A DNA stretch of 64,000 nucleotides from Tagaea sp. Its GTDB lineage: Bacteria > Pseudomonadota > Alphaproteobacteria > CACIAM-22H2. Positions 29,482 to 39,518 of the stretch are shown here, one piece after another. The stretch is from assembly GCA_965279525.1 (NCBI GenBank), contig CBDIIB010000004.1, positions 64,001-128,000 on the forward strand, read 5' to 3'. The notes beneath the pieces were generated by a model that had not been told where the DNA came from, searched no databases, and saw nothing but the letters and a program-made list of their open reading frames with translations. Numbering within the stretch: position 1 is the first letter of the stretch; every line of letters starts with the position of its first letter. The translations under genes and the position numbers were made by a program.

Positions 29482-31945
29482 CGCCGTCCTCGCCTGCCTG
29501 CTTGCCCTCGGCCTGCTTGGCGCAGGTACGGCGGCCGCCCAACCTGCCTGGCACCGGGAACGGATCGAAGCGGTCGACGGGGCACGTCGCGGGCAGACGG
29601 CACCCGCCCTCACGATTCTCGATCGGCTCCAGCGCGAGCATCCAGACGATATCGGGGTCCTATACGACCTGATCGTCGTGTCGGTCTGGGCGCGGCAGGA
29701 CGCGGAAGCGCTGCAGCTCTACGCGCGTCTGCCGCAAGGCGTGCCTGCGGACTATGTGCTCGAAGCCGTCGGCGTGGCGCTCCGGCGGACCGGCGATCCG
29801 GCGGCGGCACTGGCCCTCTATCGGCAGGCCCTGCGCCGATCGCCCGACAACCCCGAATTCCGCGCCGGCGAGATCCGCTCGCTCGCCGATCTTGGCGACA
29901 CGGCGCCGGCCCTCGCGATCGCGGACGCCGATCTGGCCGCACGCGGCGAGCATGGCGACGTGCTGCTGGCCGCGGCCTATGCGGCCTCGAAGAGCAAGCG
30001 CCCCGTCGTCGCGTTGGTGTATCTCGACCGGGCACTCCGTCTCGACCCGGCGAACCGCGAAGCCCGCCACGACCGGATCGTCGCGATCGACGAGATGGGT
30101 GCTCCGCAGGTGGCAAGGGCGCTCGCCGAGGCCGAGCCCGGGCTGCTGTCGGCCGCCGAGCTGCGGCGTGTCGAAGGCAACGAAGCGGCTGCCCTCGTGC
30201 GATGGGGCGTGCTCGAACCGCCGAGCGAAGAGCTGCGCTTCGCCGCCAGCGACCGGGCGATCGCGGCACTCGACGCGCTGATCGCGCGCTGGTCGCTTGA
30301 GGGCGAGGCGGCACAACCCGACATTCTGCGCGCGCGCTTCGACCGGATGGTGGCACTGCGCGACCGCGTGCGGATGGACGACGTGCTTGCCGAATATGCC
30401 GCCCTGACGCGCGAAGGCGCAGACCTGCCGGGGTTCGCGACTGTCGCGGCGGCGGACGCGCATCTCTACACGCGCCAGCCGGAGATCGCGCGCGACCTGT
30501 TCCGCCAAGGGCTCGCCGTCGATCCGCGCAACCCCGAGACGCGCCTTGCCCTGTTCTACGCCCTCGTCGAACTCGACGACTTCACGGCCGCCTACGACGA
30601 GGCCGACCGCGCCGCGTCCGACCAGGCGGTGTGGCTCTATCTGAAGGGGCTCACCGATCCCGTCCCGAACCCCGATCGCGCGACCGCCGATTTGACCGCA
30701 GCCAACGCACGCCTCTTTGCCGACGAGCTCGTCGAAGCCTATCGACGCATCTCCGCGATGGCCGAGGCCGCACCCAACAATTCCCGTTTCCGCACGGCAC
30801 TGGCGAATGTCTATGCCGCACGCGGTTGGCCGCGGCTGGCGGCACAGGAATATCAGGTCAGCCGCGCGCTGGTCCCGAGGAACGTGTCGAATGAGGTCGG
30901 CGAGGCAAGGAACCTGCTACAGCTTCGCGAGTACCGGTCGGCCGAGACGCGGGTCGCGGACCTGGTCCGCCGCTTTCCCGAGAATCTCGAAGTGCGGCGG
31001 CTTGCCCGTCTCTGGGACGTCCACAACATGGCCGATCTGCGGATCAACGCCGAGCGGGGGATCCGGTCCGCCACCAGCATCCAGGGCGGCTCCGGGCTGT
31101 CGCTGGGCGCGCAGGTCTATTCCTCGCCGTTCAGCTACAACTGGCGCATGTTCGCCGCCGCCGCAATGGTCAACGAAGGCCTGCCGGCAGGCGAGGGTGC
31201 GATAAATCTGCGCCGGTCGGCGCTGGGTTTCGAGTATCGCGATCCGTCGCTCGTCGCGAGTCTGGAAGGCACCCTCAGCGTCTATGGGCCTGAAAAGGGG
31301 AACACGCTGTGGAGCGGCATCGGCGGCGGACGGGCGGGCGCGCGCGCCCAGGCGACATGGAGCACCAGCGACAAGTGGCAGGTCGGCGGGACGGCCGAAA
31401 TTTTCGCGCGCGACACGCCCCTGCGCGCATTGCGCAACGGGATAACGGCCGATGCGGCATCGGCACGGATCGGCTATCGGGAAAGCGAATCTCGCCAGTA
31501 TGTGCTCGATATTTCCGGGATGACTTTCTCCGACGGAAATCGTCGCGCCGGCATCGGCGGGCGATACGTCGAGCGCCTGTGGACGTCGCCGAGGCTTGCC
31601 ATCGACGGAACTCTCGGCGTTGCCGGAACGCGCAATAGCGCCGACGCCAACAGGCCCTATTTCAACCCGAAGCAGGACGCGCTCGTCTCGTATGGCGTGG
31701 CGATCGTGCAACCGATCTACCGGCGTTACGAGTTCGTCTACGACCACCGCCTCGTCGTCACGCCGGGCATCTACTGGCAGCAGGGCTTCGGCAGCGGGAC
31801 GGCGTTCAACGTTCTCTACGAGCATCGCGTGCGCGCCAACGACGTATTCGAAGCCGGGCTCGGCCTCAGCTACGGCCGCCAGCCCTATGACGGCAATCTC
31901 GAAACCAACATGGCGGTTCTCTTCAACACAAGAATCAGGTTCTAG
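29468..31945 (+). CDS. pgaA: PNAG export porin (TPR plus beta-barrel)
   Basis: TPRs, RARFDRMVAL, ARGWPR, YFNP, PYDG, terminal Phe; operon context. Confidence 0.92.
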   Translation: MRSSDAVLACLLALGLLGAGTAAAQPAWHRERIEAVDGARRGQTAPALTILDRLQREHPDDIGVLYDLIVVSVWARQDAEALQLYARLPQGVPADYVLEAVGVALRRTGDPAAALALYRQALRRSPDNPEFRAGEIRSLADLGDTAPALAIADADLAARGEHGDVLLAAAYAASKSKRPVVALVYLDRALRLDPANREARHDRIVAIDEMGAPQVARALAEAEPGLLSAAELRRVEGNEAAALVRWGVLEPPSEELRFAASDRAIAALDALIARWSLEGEAAQPDILRARFDRMVALRDRVRMDDVLAEYAALTREGADLPGFATVAAADAHLYTRQPEIARDLFRQGLAVDPRNPETRLALFYALVELDDFTAAYDEADRAASDQAVWLYLKGLTDPVPNPDRATADLTAANARLFADELVEAYRRISAMAEAAPNNSRFRTALANVYAARGWPRLAAQEYQVSRALVPRNVSNEVGEARNLLQLREYRSAETRVADLVRRFPENLEVRRLARLWDVHNMADLRINAERGIRSATSIQGGSGLSLGAQVYSSPFSYNWRMFAAAAMVNEGLPAGEGAINLRRSALGFEYRDPSLVASLEGTLSVYGPEKGNTLWSGIGGGRAGARAQATWSTSDKWQVGGTAEIFARDTPLRALRNGITADAASARIGYRESESRQYVLDISGMTFSDGNRRAGIGGRYVERLWTSPRLAIDGTLGVAGTRNSADANRPYFNPKQDALVSYGVAIVQPIYRRYEFVYDHRLVVTPGIYWQQGFGSGTAFNVLYEHRVRANDVFEAGLGLSYGRQPYDGNLETNMAVLFNTRIRF

Positions 31946-31947
31946 CC

Positions 31948-33888
31948 ATGCGCGTCATGTCCACTCTGCTTGCGATTTTCCTCGCATATTCGGTTCCGAC
32001 ATCCGCAAGCGCGACTTTCGTGGCGCTGGCCTACCACAATGTCGAGGACGCGGATCCCGACCAGTCCTTCCTCGGAATCACGACGGACAAGTTCGTCTCG
32101 CAGCTGAGCTGGCTCCAGCGCAACGGCTACCGGCCCGTCACCGTCGACGCGATCCTCGCCTCGCGTGACGGCGGCCCGCCGCTGCCCGACAAGGCGGTGC
32201 TGCTGACGTTCGACGACGGCTACGCAAGCTTCGGCACGCGCGTGCTGCCGATCCTGAAGGCCTTCCGGTTTCCCGCGGTGCTGGCGGTGGTCGGTGCATG
32301 GATGGAGCCTGTTCCGGTCGTGCAATTCGGTGACCGGCGGGTCGCGCGCGAGCAGTTCCTGTCGTGGGACCAGGTCCGCGAGATCGCGGCGTCCGGGCTC
32401 GTCGAGATCGCATCGCATACCTACGACCTGCATCGGGGCACGACTTCCAATCCGCAGGGGAACTCGGCGCCCGACGTGACGACCAAGAGCTTCGATCCGG
32501 CGACCGGAGATTACGAGACCGACACGAAGGAGCGCCGCGACCTGTCGGGCGACAGCGCCAGGATCGTGGCCGCGATCGAACGCGAGACCGGGAAGCGGCC
32601 GCGCGTGACGGTCTGGCCCTATGGTGAGCACAGCGAAAGCGCAATATCGATCGTGACGGCCAGCGGCATGCCGATCACGTTCACGCTGGTGGACGGATCG
32701 GCGTCTGTCGACAGACTCAGCGCGGTCCAGCGCCATCTGGTCAGTCCGGATCCGGCAATCGGCCAGTTCGTCTCGGAGCTGCGCAATCTCGACGTCGTGC
32801 CGCCCCAGCGGATTGTTCATGTCGATCTCGACTATGTCTACGACGACGATCCGGTCCAGCTGGAGCGGAACCTCGACCTTCTGGTCCAGCGCATCTACGA
32901 CATGCAGATAAGCACGGTCTTCCTGCAGGCGTTCGCGGATCCCACGGGCAGCGGCCTTGCGGGCGCGGTCTACTTCCCGAACCGGGTGCTGCCGATGCGC
33001 TCGGACCTGTTCGACCGAGTGTCCTGGCAGCTGCGCACGCGGGCGCGCGTCAAGGTGTTCGCGTGGATGCCGGTCCTGGCATTCGATTTCGGCGATCGTG
33101 TCTCTCCCGTGCTCGCGTGGGACCCGTCGACCGGAAGGGCGGTGCAGGATCCCAAGGCCTATCGCCGCGCTTCGCCCTTCGACCCCGAGGCGCGGCGGCG
33201 CATCCTGATGCTCTACGAGGATCTGGCGCGCTTCACGCCGTTCGAGGGGCTGCTGTTCCACGACGACGCACAGCTCTCCGATTTCGAGGACGCGAGCCCC
33301 GCTGCACTCGCGGCTTACCGGAGTGCCGGATTTCCGGAATCGATCGGAACGATTCGAGCCGATCCGGCAATGATGCGGCGCTGGACCCGCTTCAAGACCG
33401 ACGCGCTTCTGGCATTCACGCAGGAATTGACGGCCCGGGTGCGCCAGTTCCATTCGCCGATGGCGACCGCGCGCAGCCTCTATGCCGGCCCGGTCCTGGA
33501 TCCGGACGCCGAAGCATGGTTCGCGCAGGATCTCGGCCGGTTCCTGTCGACCTACGACTACGCGGCCGTGATGGCGATGCCAGCGATGGAGAACGTGCCC
33601 GCGGCGGAAGGACAGGCATGGCTCGGGCGGCTGGTGGCGGCTGTCGCCCTCCATCCCGAAGGCCTCAAACGCACGATCTTCGAGCTTCAGGCCGTCGACT
33701 GGCGGGACAGGGCAGGGGACGGCGCGCGCCGGATACCGACAGCCATCCTGGCCGAGCAGATGCGGCTGCTGACCCGGCTGGGCGCGCTGAACTTCGGATA
33801 CTACCCGGACGATTTCGTCTCCGGGCATCCGGATGCACGGGAACTGCACCGCGATTTTTCACTCCAGTCGTATCCGTATCTAAGATGA
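31948..33888 (+). CDS. pgaB: PNAG N-deacetylase/glycoside hydrolase
   Basis: LTFDDGY, SHTYDLH, HVDLDYVYD, LFHDDA and GYYPDDF motifs. Confidence 0.95.
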   Translation: MRVMSTLLAIFLAYSVPTSASATFVALAYHNVEDADPDQSFLGITTDKFVSQLSWLQRNGYRPVTVDAILASRDGGPPLPDKAVLLTFDDGYASFGTRVLPILKAFRFPAVLAVVGAWMEPVPVVQFGDRRVAREQFLSWDQVREIAASGLVEIASHTYDLHRGTTSNPQGNSAPDVTTKSFDPATGDYETDTKERRDLSGDSARIVAAIERETGKRPRVTVWPYGEHSESAISIVTASGMPITFTLVDGSASVDRLSAVQRHLVSPDPAIGQFVSELRNLDVVPPQRIVHVDLDYVYDDDPVQLERNLDLLVQRIYDMQISTVFLQAFADPTGSGLAGAVYFPNRVLPMRSDLFDRVSWQLRTRARVKVFAWMPVLAFDFGDRVSPVLAWDPSTGRAVQDPKAYRRASPFDPEARRRILMLYEDLARFTPFEGLLFHDDAQLSDFEDASPAALAAYRSAGFPESIGTIRADPAMMRRWTRFKTDALLAFTQELTARVRQFHSPMATARSLYAGPVLDPDAEAWFAQDLGRFLSTYDYAAVMAMPAMENVPAAEGQAWLGRLVAAVALHPEGLKRTIFELQAVDWRDRAGDGARRIPTAILAEQMRLLTRLGALNFGYYPDDFVSGHPDARELHRDFSLQSYPYLR

Positions 33889-35198
33889 TCGCGGGCCTGT
33901 TCGGCACAGCACTGGTATTCGCGATCGCGGTGCTGGCGAAGCTCGGCGGTTTCCTGCTGCAGTTCGTCTTTCTCTATCCGCTGTTCATGTCGTTCCTGTG
34001 GATGGTCGGCGCGGTCTATTTCTACTGGCACTGGGAACGGCGGGGCGTGCGTTCGGAGAGTCCTCCGGTCATCGAGAATCCGCCGATGGTCTCGATACTA
34101 GTGCCCTGCTTCAACGAAACCGCGAATGTCGCTGAGACGATCGCGGCTGCGGTCGCGCAGACCTATCCGAACTTCGAGGTGATCGCGATCGACGACGGCT
34201 CGAGCGACACGACAGGGGCGGTCCTTGACCGCCTGACTGCGGCATATCCGATGCTCCGGGTCGTCCACTTTGCCGGGAACCAGGGCAAGGCGATGGCGCT
34301 TCGCATGGGCGCCCTTGTCGCGCGCGGGGAGTTTCTGGTCTGCATCGACGGCGATGCCGTCCTCGATCCCGACGCGACGACGTACATGGTGCGGCTTCTC
34401 GTCAACAGTCCGCGCGTCGGTGCGGTAACGGGAAATCCCAGAATCCGCACGCGTTCGACGTTGCTGGGCAAGCTCCAGGTCGGCGAATTCTCGTCGATCA
34501 TCGGACTGATCAAGCGGGCGCAACGCATCTATGGCTGCGTCTTCACGGTGTCGGGCGTGATTGCCGCTTATCGGCGGGCCGCACTGCACCGCTGCGGATA
34601 CTGGAGCCTCGACATGATCACCGAGGACATCGACGTGAGCTGGATGCTCCAGGCAGATCACTGGAGCATCCAGTACGAGCCCGACGCGCTGTGCTGGATC
34701 CTCATGCCCGAAACGTTCGGGGGCCTTTGGAAGCAGCGCCTGCGCTGGGCGCAAGGTGGGGCGCAGGTCTTCCTGAAGCAGATCCGCCACATGTTCGCGT
34801 GGAATCGCCGGCGGATGTGGGGCGTGCTTATCGAGTACTGCCTAAGCCTCGCGTGGGCCTTCGCGCTGGTCCTGACATTCGTGCTGTGGGGCATCGGCAA
34901 GTTCGTCGCGATGCCCGAAGGCCTAAACGTCGCAACCATCCAGCCGCCGGCATTCTGGGGGCTGTTGCTGGCCACGACGTGCCTTGCCCAGTTCGCGTTG
35001 GCACTGCTGATCGAGTCACGCTACGAAACGCGACTGTTCCGGCTGATCTTCTGGGTCATCTGGTATCCCTTCTTTTTCTGGATACTGACATTGACGACGT
35101 CGCTCGTCGGATTCGCCAGGGCGCTCGGGCAATTGCGCGGCAAGCGCGCGTTGTGGACAAGCCCGGATCGGGGGATCACGTCATCCGCCCGTCGCTGA
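33885..35198 (+). CDS. pgaC: PNAG synthase (GT2)
   Basis: PCFNE, DDGS, DGD, TED and QRLRW motifs. Confidence 0.96.
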   Translation: MIAGLFGTALVFAIAVLAKLGGFLLQFVFLYPLFMSFLWMVGAVYFYWHWERRGVRSESPPVIENPPMVSILVPCFNETANVAETIAAAVAQTYPNFEVIAIDDGSSDTTGAVLDRLTAAYPMLRVVHFAGNQGKAMALRMGALVARGEFLVCIDGDAVLDPDATTYMVRLLVNSPRVGAVTGNPRIRTRSTLLGKLQVGEFSSIIGLIKRAQRIYGCVFTVSGVIAAYRRAALHRCGYWSLDMITEDIDVSWMLQADHWSIQYEPDALCWILMPETFGGLWKQRLRWAQGGAQVFLKQIRHMFAWNRRRMWGVLIEYCLSLAWAFALVLTFVLWGIGKFVAMPEGLNVATIQPPAFWGLLLATTCLAQFALALLIESRYETRLFRLIFWVIWYPFFFWILTLTTSLVGFARALGQLRGKRALWTSPDRGITSSARR

Positions 35199-35638
35199 TA
35201 ATCGACAGCTCGGGCAAGCGGCCGGCCTGGCGCCGGCGGCTCGATTGGCTGCTTTCGGCGGGGATGTGGATTCTCTATCTCTATTTCGTCCGCGAAGCGT
35301 TGGCTGACATTTATGAGCTTACGATCGAGGCTTTCGCGTGGGCCTTCCAGGGGGCCGACTGGCCGGAGTTGCCGTCAATGTCGCGTCTCTACGGCACGTT
35401 GCTGACGTACGGCATCATTGCCGTAGCCAACGGCGCATTGCTTATCGCTTGGGCGCTCTACAATCAGGTCCGGTTTCGCGGACAGGATCGTCACGTGGCG
35501 CAATCTCCTGTCGTTCCGGCCGATCTTGCAGTGCTCTACGGGGCTTCGGTCGCCAGCGTCGAAGCTTGGCAGTCTGCGCGGATACTGACGATGCGACACA
35601 GTCCAGATGGCACTTTGATCGATGTCGACATCAAATAG
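35183..35638 (+). CDS. pgaD: PNAG biosynthesis protein PgaD (start uncertain)
   Basis: LIID.., two TM segments, LIAWALYNQVRFRG; follows pgaC. Confidence 0.85.
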   Translation: MRPSLIIDSSGKRPAWRRRLDWLLSAGMWILYLYFVREALADIYELTIEAFAWAFQGADWPELPSMSRLYGTLLTYGIIAVANGALLIAWALYNQVRFRGQDRHVAQSPVVPADLAVLYGASVASVEAWQSARILTMRHSPDGTLIDVDIK

Positions 35639-35863
35639 ATCTCGGTATTGCAGTTTGACCCTTCGGATATTCGTCTACGCTGGATTCCACTCCTTGCCTG
35701 AAAATGCGGAGACGACCATGTGATTGTTCTTGTTCGTTCTGTCGGGAGGAAAATGGCATTTCCCGTTGCCGCGCACCACCCTGCGCCGATTTAATTTTGA
35801 GCTCTAGGATGATCAAGTTGGTGAGGCAATTCCTTGTCGCTGCTTCTTGTCGCTGCGACGGAG

Positions 35864-36577
35864 TCAGGCCGCGACGTATCCGCCATCGACCGGGATCATC
35901 ACGCCATTGACAAGCTTCGCGGCCGGCGATGCGAGGAAGACGGCGGTCCCGGCCAGTTCGTCAGGTTCGGACCATCGGTGCGTCGGGAGACGGGCAAGAA
36001 CCTTCTCGTTGAAGCGTGGATCTTCGCGACCTATCCGGCTGATCTCGGTGCGTATCCAGCCGGGCGCGATCGCATTCACGCGGATGCCGTCCTCGACATA
36101 GGCAAGAGCCAGCGACTTCGTGAGGCCGACGATGGCGGTCTTTGCTGCGGCATAGCCGGGGATCATCGATGCGCCGAAGTACGAGTACATCGATCCGATA
36201 TTGATGATACAGCCCTTCGACGCAGCAAGATGGGGGCGGAATGCGCTGGCGAGGCGCATATTTCCGCCCAGGTGGATGTCGACGATGTCCATGAATACGT
36301 CCGGCTTGTGTTCTTCGTGGCGAAGCAGCCGTCCGGCACAGTGGATGAGGACGTCGAGCTTTCCGGTCTTGGCGGCCAGCGCCGCCACTGCTTCGTCGCT
36401 ACGCACGTCGAGCAACTCGAAGGTGAAGCCCTCGTCGATCGCCGGAGGTTTGATATCGGTGATTATGACCTGTGCGCCGGCGGCACGGAACGCGCGTGCG
36501 AAAGCAGTACCGATACCGCCCGTGCCTCCGCTGATGAGAACATGCTGGCCGGAGACGGAAAAGTCAGGTGCCGACAT
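35864..36577 (-). CDS. Short-chain dehydrogenase/reductase
   Basis: GGTGGIG, YAAAK, NAIAPG and VDGG motifs. Confidence 0.9.
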   Translation of the reverse strand: MSAPDFSVSGQHVLISGGTGGIGTAFARAFRAAGAQVIITDIKPPAIDEGFTFELLDVRSDEAVAALAAKTGKLDVLIHCAGRLLRHEEHKPDVFMDIVDIHLGGNMRLASAFRPHLAASKGCIINIGSMYSYFGASMIPGYAAAKTAIVGLTKSLALAYVEDGIRVNAIAPGWIRTEISRIGREDPRFNEKVLARLPTHRWSEPDELAGTAVFLASPAAKLVNGVMIPVDGGYVAA

Positions 36578-36610
36578 AGGATTCCTCCGGCGTTGCTTCG
36601 ATCCGGCAGT

Positions 36611-38557
36611 CTACTCCGCATCGCTTCCTGCAAAGGCGGAAGTTGTCGATCGGGCCGAGTTCCACAGGCCGATTACCCGGCGATAGCGGGCGGCAATGTC
36701 GGATACGGCATGCTGATCGTCGATCCGATCCGCAAACCACGCTTCCGCCGTCGACCAGAATATGTGCCGACCGACCGCAAATCCCTTCACGAGATCCTCG
36801 CTGCGGGCTGCGGCGAATGCGGATGCGAGGTCGTCCTCATTCGAATCGAGGCCGAGGATGACGATGCCGCGGCAGTTGTGGTCATTTCTGCGCACGATGT
36901 CCGCCACGTCGCGCCAGGCAGCTATCGTGCCCATTGGCGGAAGCTTCCACCAGTCGGGCTCGAGCCCGGCTTCGTAAAGACGCCCTACGGCTTCGGCGAC
37001 GAGCCTGTCCGTACCGGCTTCCGAGGTTCCGGGTGGAATCACCTCCAGCAGCCATTCGTGGCCCGATGCCTGGCAGTGAGCCTGAAGCGACAGCAGCTTC
37101 GCTTCCTGGGCCAGACGCAGATCGGGCGCATCGTCCGCGCGGTACATGACAAGGACTTTGGCGACGTGCCCGGCTGGCCACGTGCGAAGGAGTGCAGGAA
37201 GGCCATTCCCGGCTTCGAACTCGAGCGGGCAGGAACCGGGTAGCTCGACAGGCCGCGCGATCCATCGCTCGCCCTCGCCGAGCCGGTGAAGTGCCGTGCG
37301 ACCAAAGCGGTCGTCGACGATCGAGCCGGCGCCGGAACGATCGCCGACGGAAAGCGCTGCTTCCGCGATCAGGCCTTTGAAGTTCTCAATTTCGGGCACG
37401 CCTTTTCCATGTCTGGCGGCAAGATCCTCGAATTGCTTGCGATGGTCGAAGGCCAGAGCCGTCACGACTGGCCAAGGCCGGCGTCCCGTCGTCACGCGAT
37501 GCAGGCGCATGATCTCGGGATCGGTATCGAGCCGGCGAAGCCGCCCGGCGCGCGCCAACAGGCTCTCCATCTCCGCCCAGCTTGGCATCGCGGGCGCGCA
37601 GCCGTGACGCGATACGACAAGAGCGCCGCACGCATTCGCATAAGTCGCGGCCGTTCGCCAGTTCTCCCCCCGGAGCCAACCGCGGAGCAGTCCGGCCATA
37701 AAGCCGTCACCGGCACCGAGGACATTGAAAATCTCAACCTTGAATCCCGGACAGTCTATCGCGTCCGCGAAGGTGCTCGGAATCTGGCCAGTAAAGATCG
37801 TGCAACCGTGCCCGCCACGCTTGACGACGAGAGTTGCTGCTGTGACGGCACGCAGACGGTGGAGGGCTGCAAATGTATCGGTGCTGCCGCCTGCAATATG
37901 GATCTCTTCCTCGGTTCCGACGATCAGGTCGCAGAGAGGTGCAATACCCTGCAGGTGCTCGGAGATCCTGTCGGACGCGATGAAGCGCTCCTCGCCCAAT
38001 CCATGTCCTGCAAGACCCCAGAGGACGGGACGATAGTCTATGTCGAGGACGACCTTGGTTCCCGCCGCGCGCGCAAGGGAAATCGCGTGACGGCTGGTCC
38101 GATCGACATGCTGCGTTGAAAAATGCGTGCCCGTCACCAGCAATGCCCGCGCGGAGGCGATGAATTCAGCGTCGAAGTCCTCTGGCGATACGGCCATGTC
38201 AGCGCAGTTTTCGCGATAGAAGATCAGCGGGAAGGTGGATTGGTCGCGGATGCCCAGCAGGACGAGCGCCGTCAGGCGGTGCGGATCGGTCCGGACATGG
38301 CTGACGTCGACACCTTCGGTGCGAAGTGCTTCGCGAACGAAGCGGCCCATATGCTCATCGCCGACCCGGGCGAGCATGGCAGGTTTGAGGCCCAGGCGTG
38401 CCGCGCCGACCGAGATGTTCGCAGGGCAGCCGCCGAGATACTTCGCGAAGCTGGACATGTCCTCGAGCCGGCCACCGACCTGCTCGCCGTACAGGTCGAC
38501 TGCAGCGCGACCAAGTGCCACAAAGTCCAGCGGTCGCTGTTCGGGCGAAAGGGGCAT
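36611..38557 (-). CDS. iolC: 5-dehydro-2-deoxygluconokinase with C-terminal DUF2090/aldolase domain
   Basis: GRAAVDLYG, FYRENCAD, GAGDGF, AFDHR, PDWWKL and GFAVGR motifs. Confidence 0.93.
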   Translation of the reverse strand: MPLSPEQRPLDFVALGRAAVDLYGEQVGGRLEDMSSFAKYLGGCPANISVGAARLGLKPAMLARVGDEHMGRFVREALRTEGVDVSHVRTDPHRLTALVLLGIRDQSTFPLIFYRENCADMAVSPEDFDAEFIASARALLVTGTHFSTQHVDRTSRHAISLARAAGTKVVLDIDYRPVLWGLAGHGLGEERFIASDRISEHLQGIAPLCDLIVGTEEEIHIAGGSTDTFAALHRLRAVTAATLVVKRGGHGCTIFTGQIPSTFADAIDCPGFKVEIFNVLGAGDGFMAGLLRGWLRGENWRTAATYANACGALVVSRHGCAPAMPSWAEMESLLARAGRLRRLDTDPEIMRLHRVTTGRRPWPVVTALAFDHRKQFEDLAARHGKGVPEIENFKGLIAEAALSVGDRSGAGSIVDDRFGRTALHRLGEGERWIARPVELPGSCPLEFEAGNGLPALLRTWPAGHVAKVLVMYRADDAPDLRLAQEAKLLSLQAHCQASGHEWLLEVIPPGTSEAGTDRLVAEAVGRLYEAGLEPDWWKLPPMGTIAAWRDVADIVRRNDHNCRGIVILGLDSNEDDLASAFAAARSEDLVKGFAVGRHIFWSTAEAWFADRIDDQHAVSDIAARYRRVIGLWNSARSTTSAFAGSDAE

Positions 38558-38565
38558 GTGCGCTC

Positions 38566-39411
38566 TCAAGATTGCTGCGCGGCGAGCCGATGGCCGAGCG
38601 ATACGACAAGGCTTTCGGCAAGACACATTGGCGCCACGAGAGAACGGAAGGGACGGTCGCGCCGTTCCGCGATCTCGAAGCAGACGGTCGCGTGCTGCGC
38701 CAGCGGCGACAGGGGGCTGTCCGTAAATGCGATTACCGGAACCTTGCGTGCGGCGGCCTGCTCGACCGCCGTGACCACGTCGGGCGAATAGTCCTTGAAG
38801 CTTACGGCGACGATCGCGTCTTCCCGCGATGCCATGCGCGCATGCCGGATTGCGGTGCCGGCAATGCTGTCGATCAGGAATGCCTGAAGATCGAGACGGG
38901 AGAGGGCGTACTGCAGATAGAACGCGACAGGAAAGGAGCGGCCCTGGCCAAGCAGGTGGATTGCCTTTGCCTTGTCGAGCAGCGTCACCGCGCGCTGGAG
39001 ATCGCGTGTCGAGACGCCGGCGCGAAGTTCCTCGAGTGCGCCGATATCGTCCGCCACGAACTGGTCGAGAACGGCCTCGGACGAGCCACCCTGTACGCTG
39101 CCGCGACTCCGCCCTCCGGAGGGCATCGACGCGATCCGTTCCCGATAGCTGGGCGCTGCGTCGGCAACGAGCCGGGAGCGGAATACCTGCTGCATCTCGC
39201 TGAACCCGTCGAATCCGAAACTGTTCGCGAAGCGGATGATGCTTGAAGGCTGGACTCCGATCTTCTCGGCCAGCGCCGCGACCGTATCCAGCGCCACTTC
39301 GTTGGGGTGCTGGATCGCGAACTCGCCGATCCGCCGCAGGCGGTCGGACAACTCGGGATGGCGGCGCGCGATCCGGCCGCGCAGGTCTTCGTAGGACTGA
39401 AGTGCAGGCAT
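38566..39411 (-). CDS. iolR: RpiR/MurR-family regulator (IolR-like)
   Basis: HTH VQPSSIIRFA..GFSEMQ plus SIS domain; adjacent to iolC. Confidence 0.85.
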   Translation of the reverse strand: MPALQSYEDLRGRIARRHPELSDRLRRIGEFAIQHPNEVALDTVAALAEKIGVQPSSIIRFANSFGFDGFSEMQQVFRSRLVADAAPSYRERIASMPSGGRSRGSVQGGSSEAVLDQFVADDIGALEELRAGVSTRDLQRAVTLLDKAKAIHLLGQGRSFPVAFYLQYALSRLDLQAFLIDSIAGTAIRHARMASREDAIVAVSFKDYSPDVVTAVEQAAARKVPVIAFTDSPLSPLAQHATVCFEIAERRDRPFRSLVAPMCLAESLVVSLGHRLAAQQS

Positions 39412-39431
39412 CGAACGCTCTTGGCACAGGT

Positions 39432-39506
39432 GGAACGAAAATTCGACTTTACAGTAGAAATAGAATATGTATTCTATCGGCGAAACACAATAGAATAATA
39501 ATTCCA
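39432..39506. promoter_or_regulatory. Putative IolR operators (three GAA-N6-TTC sites)
   Basis: GGAAcgaaaaTTC, palindrome ATAGAATA-tg-TATTCTAT (39460-39477) and AGAAtaataaTTCC in an AT-rich divergent spacer. Confidence 0.65.
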
Positions 39507-39518
39507 AGTGAGGCACGC

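Noticed and set aside
35661-35676. Additional FixJ-like box after pgaD
   Set aside because: Only the TCGGA half matches, the GTA core is absent, and no suitable gene lies downstream.
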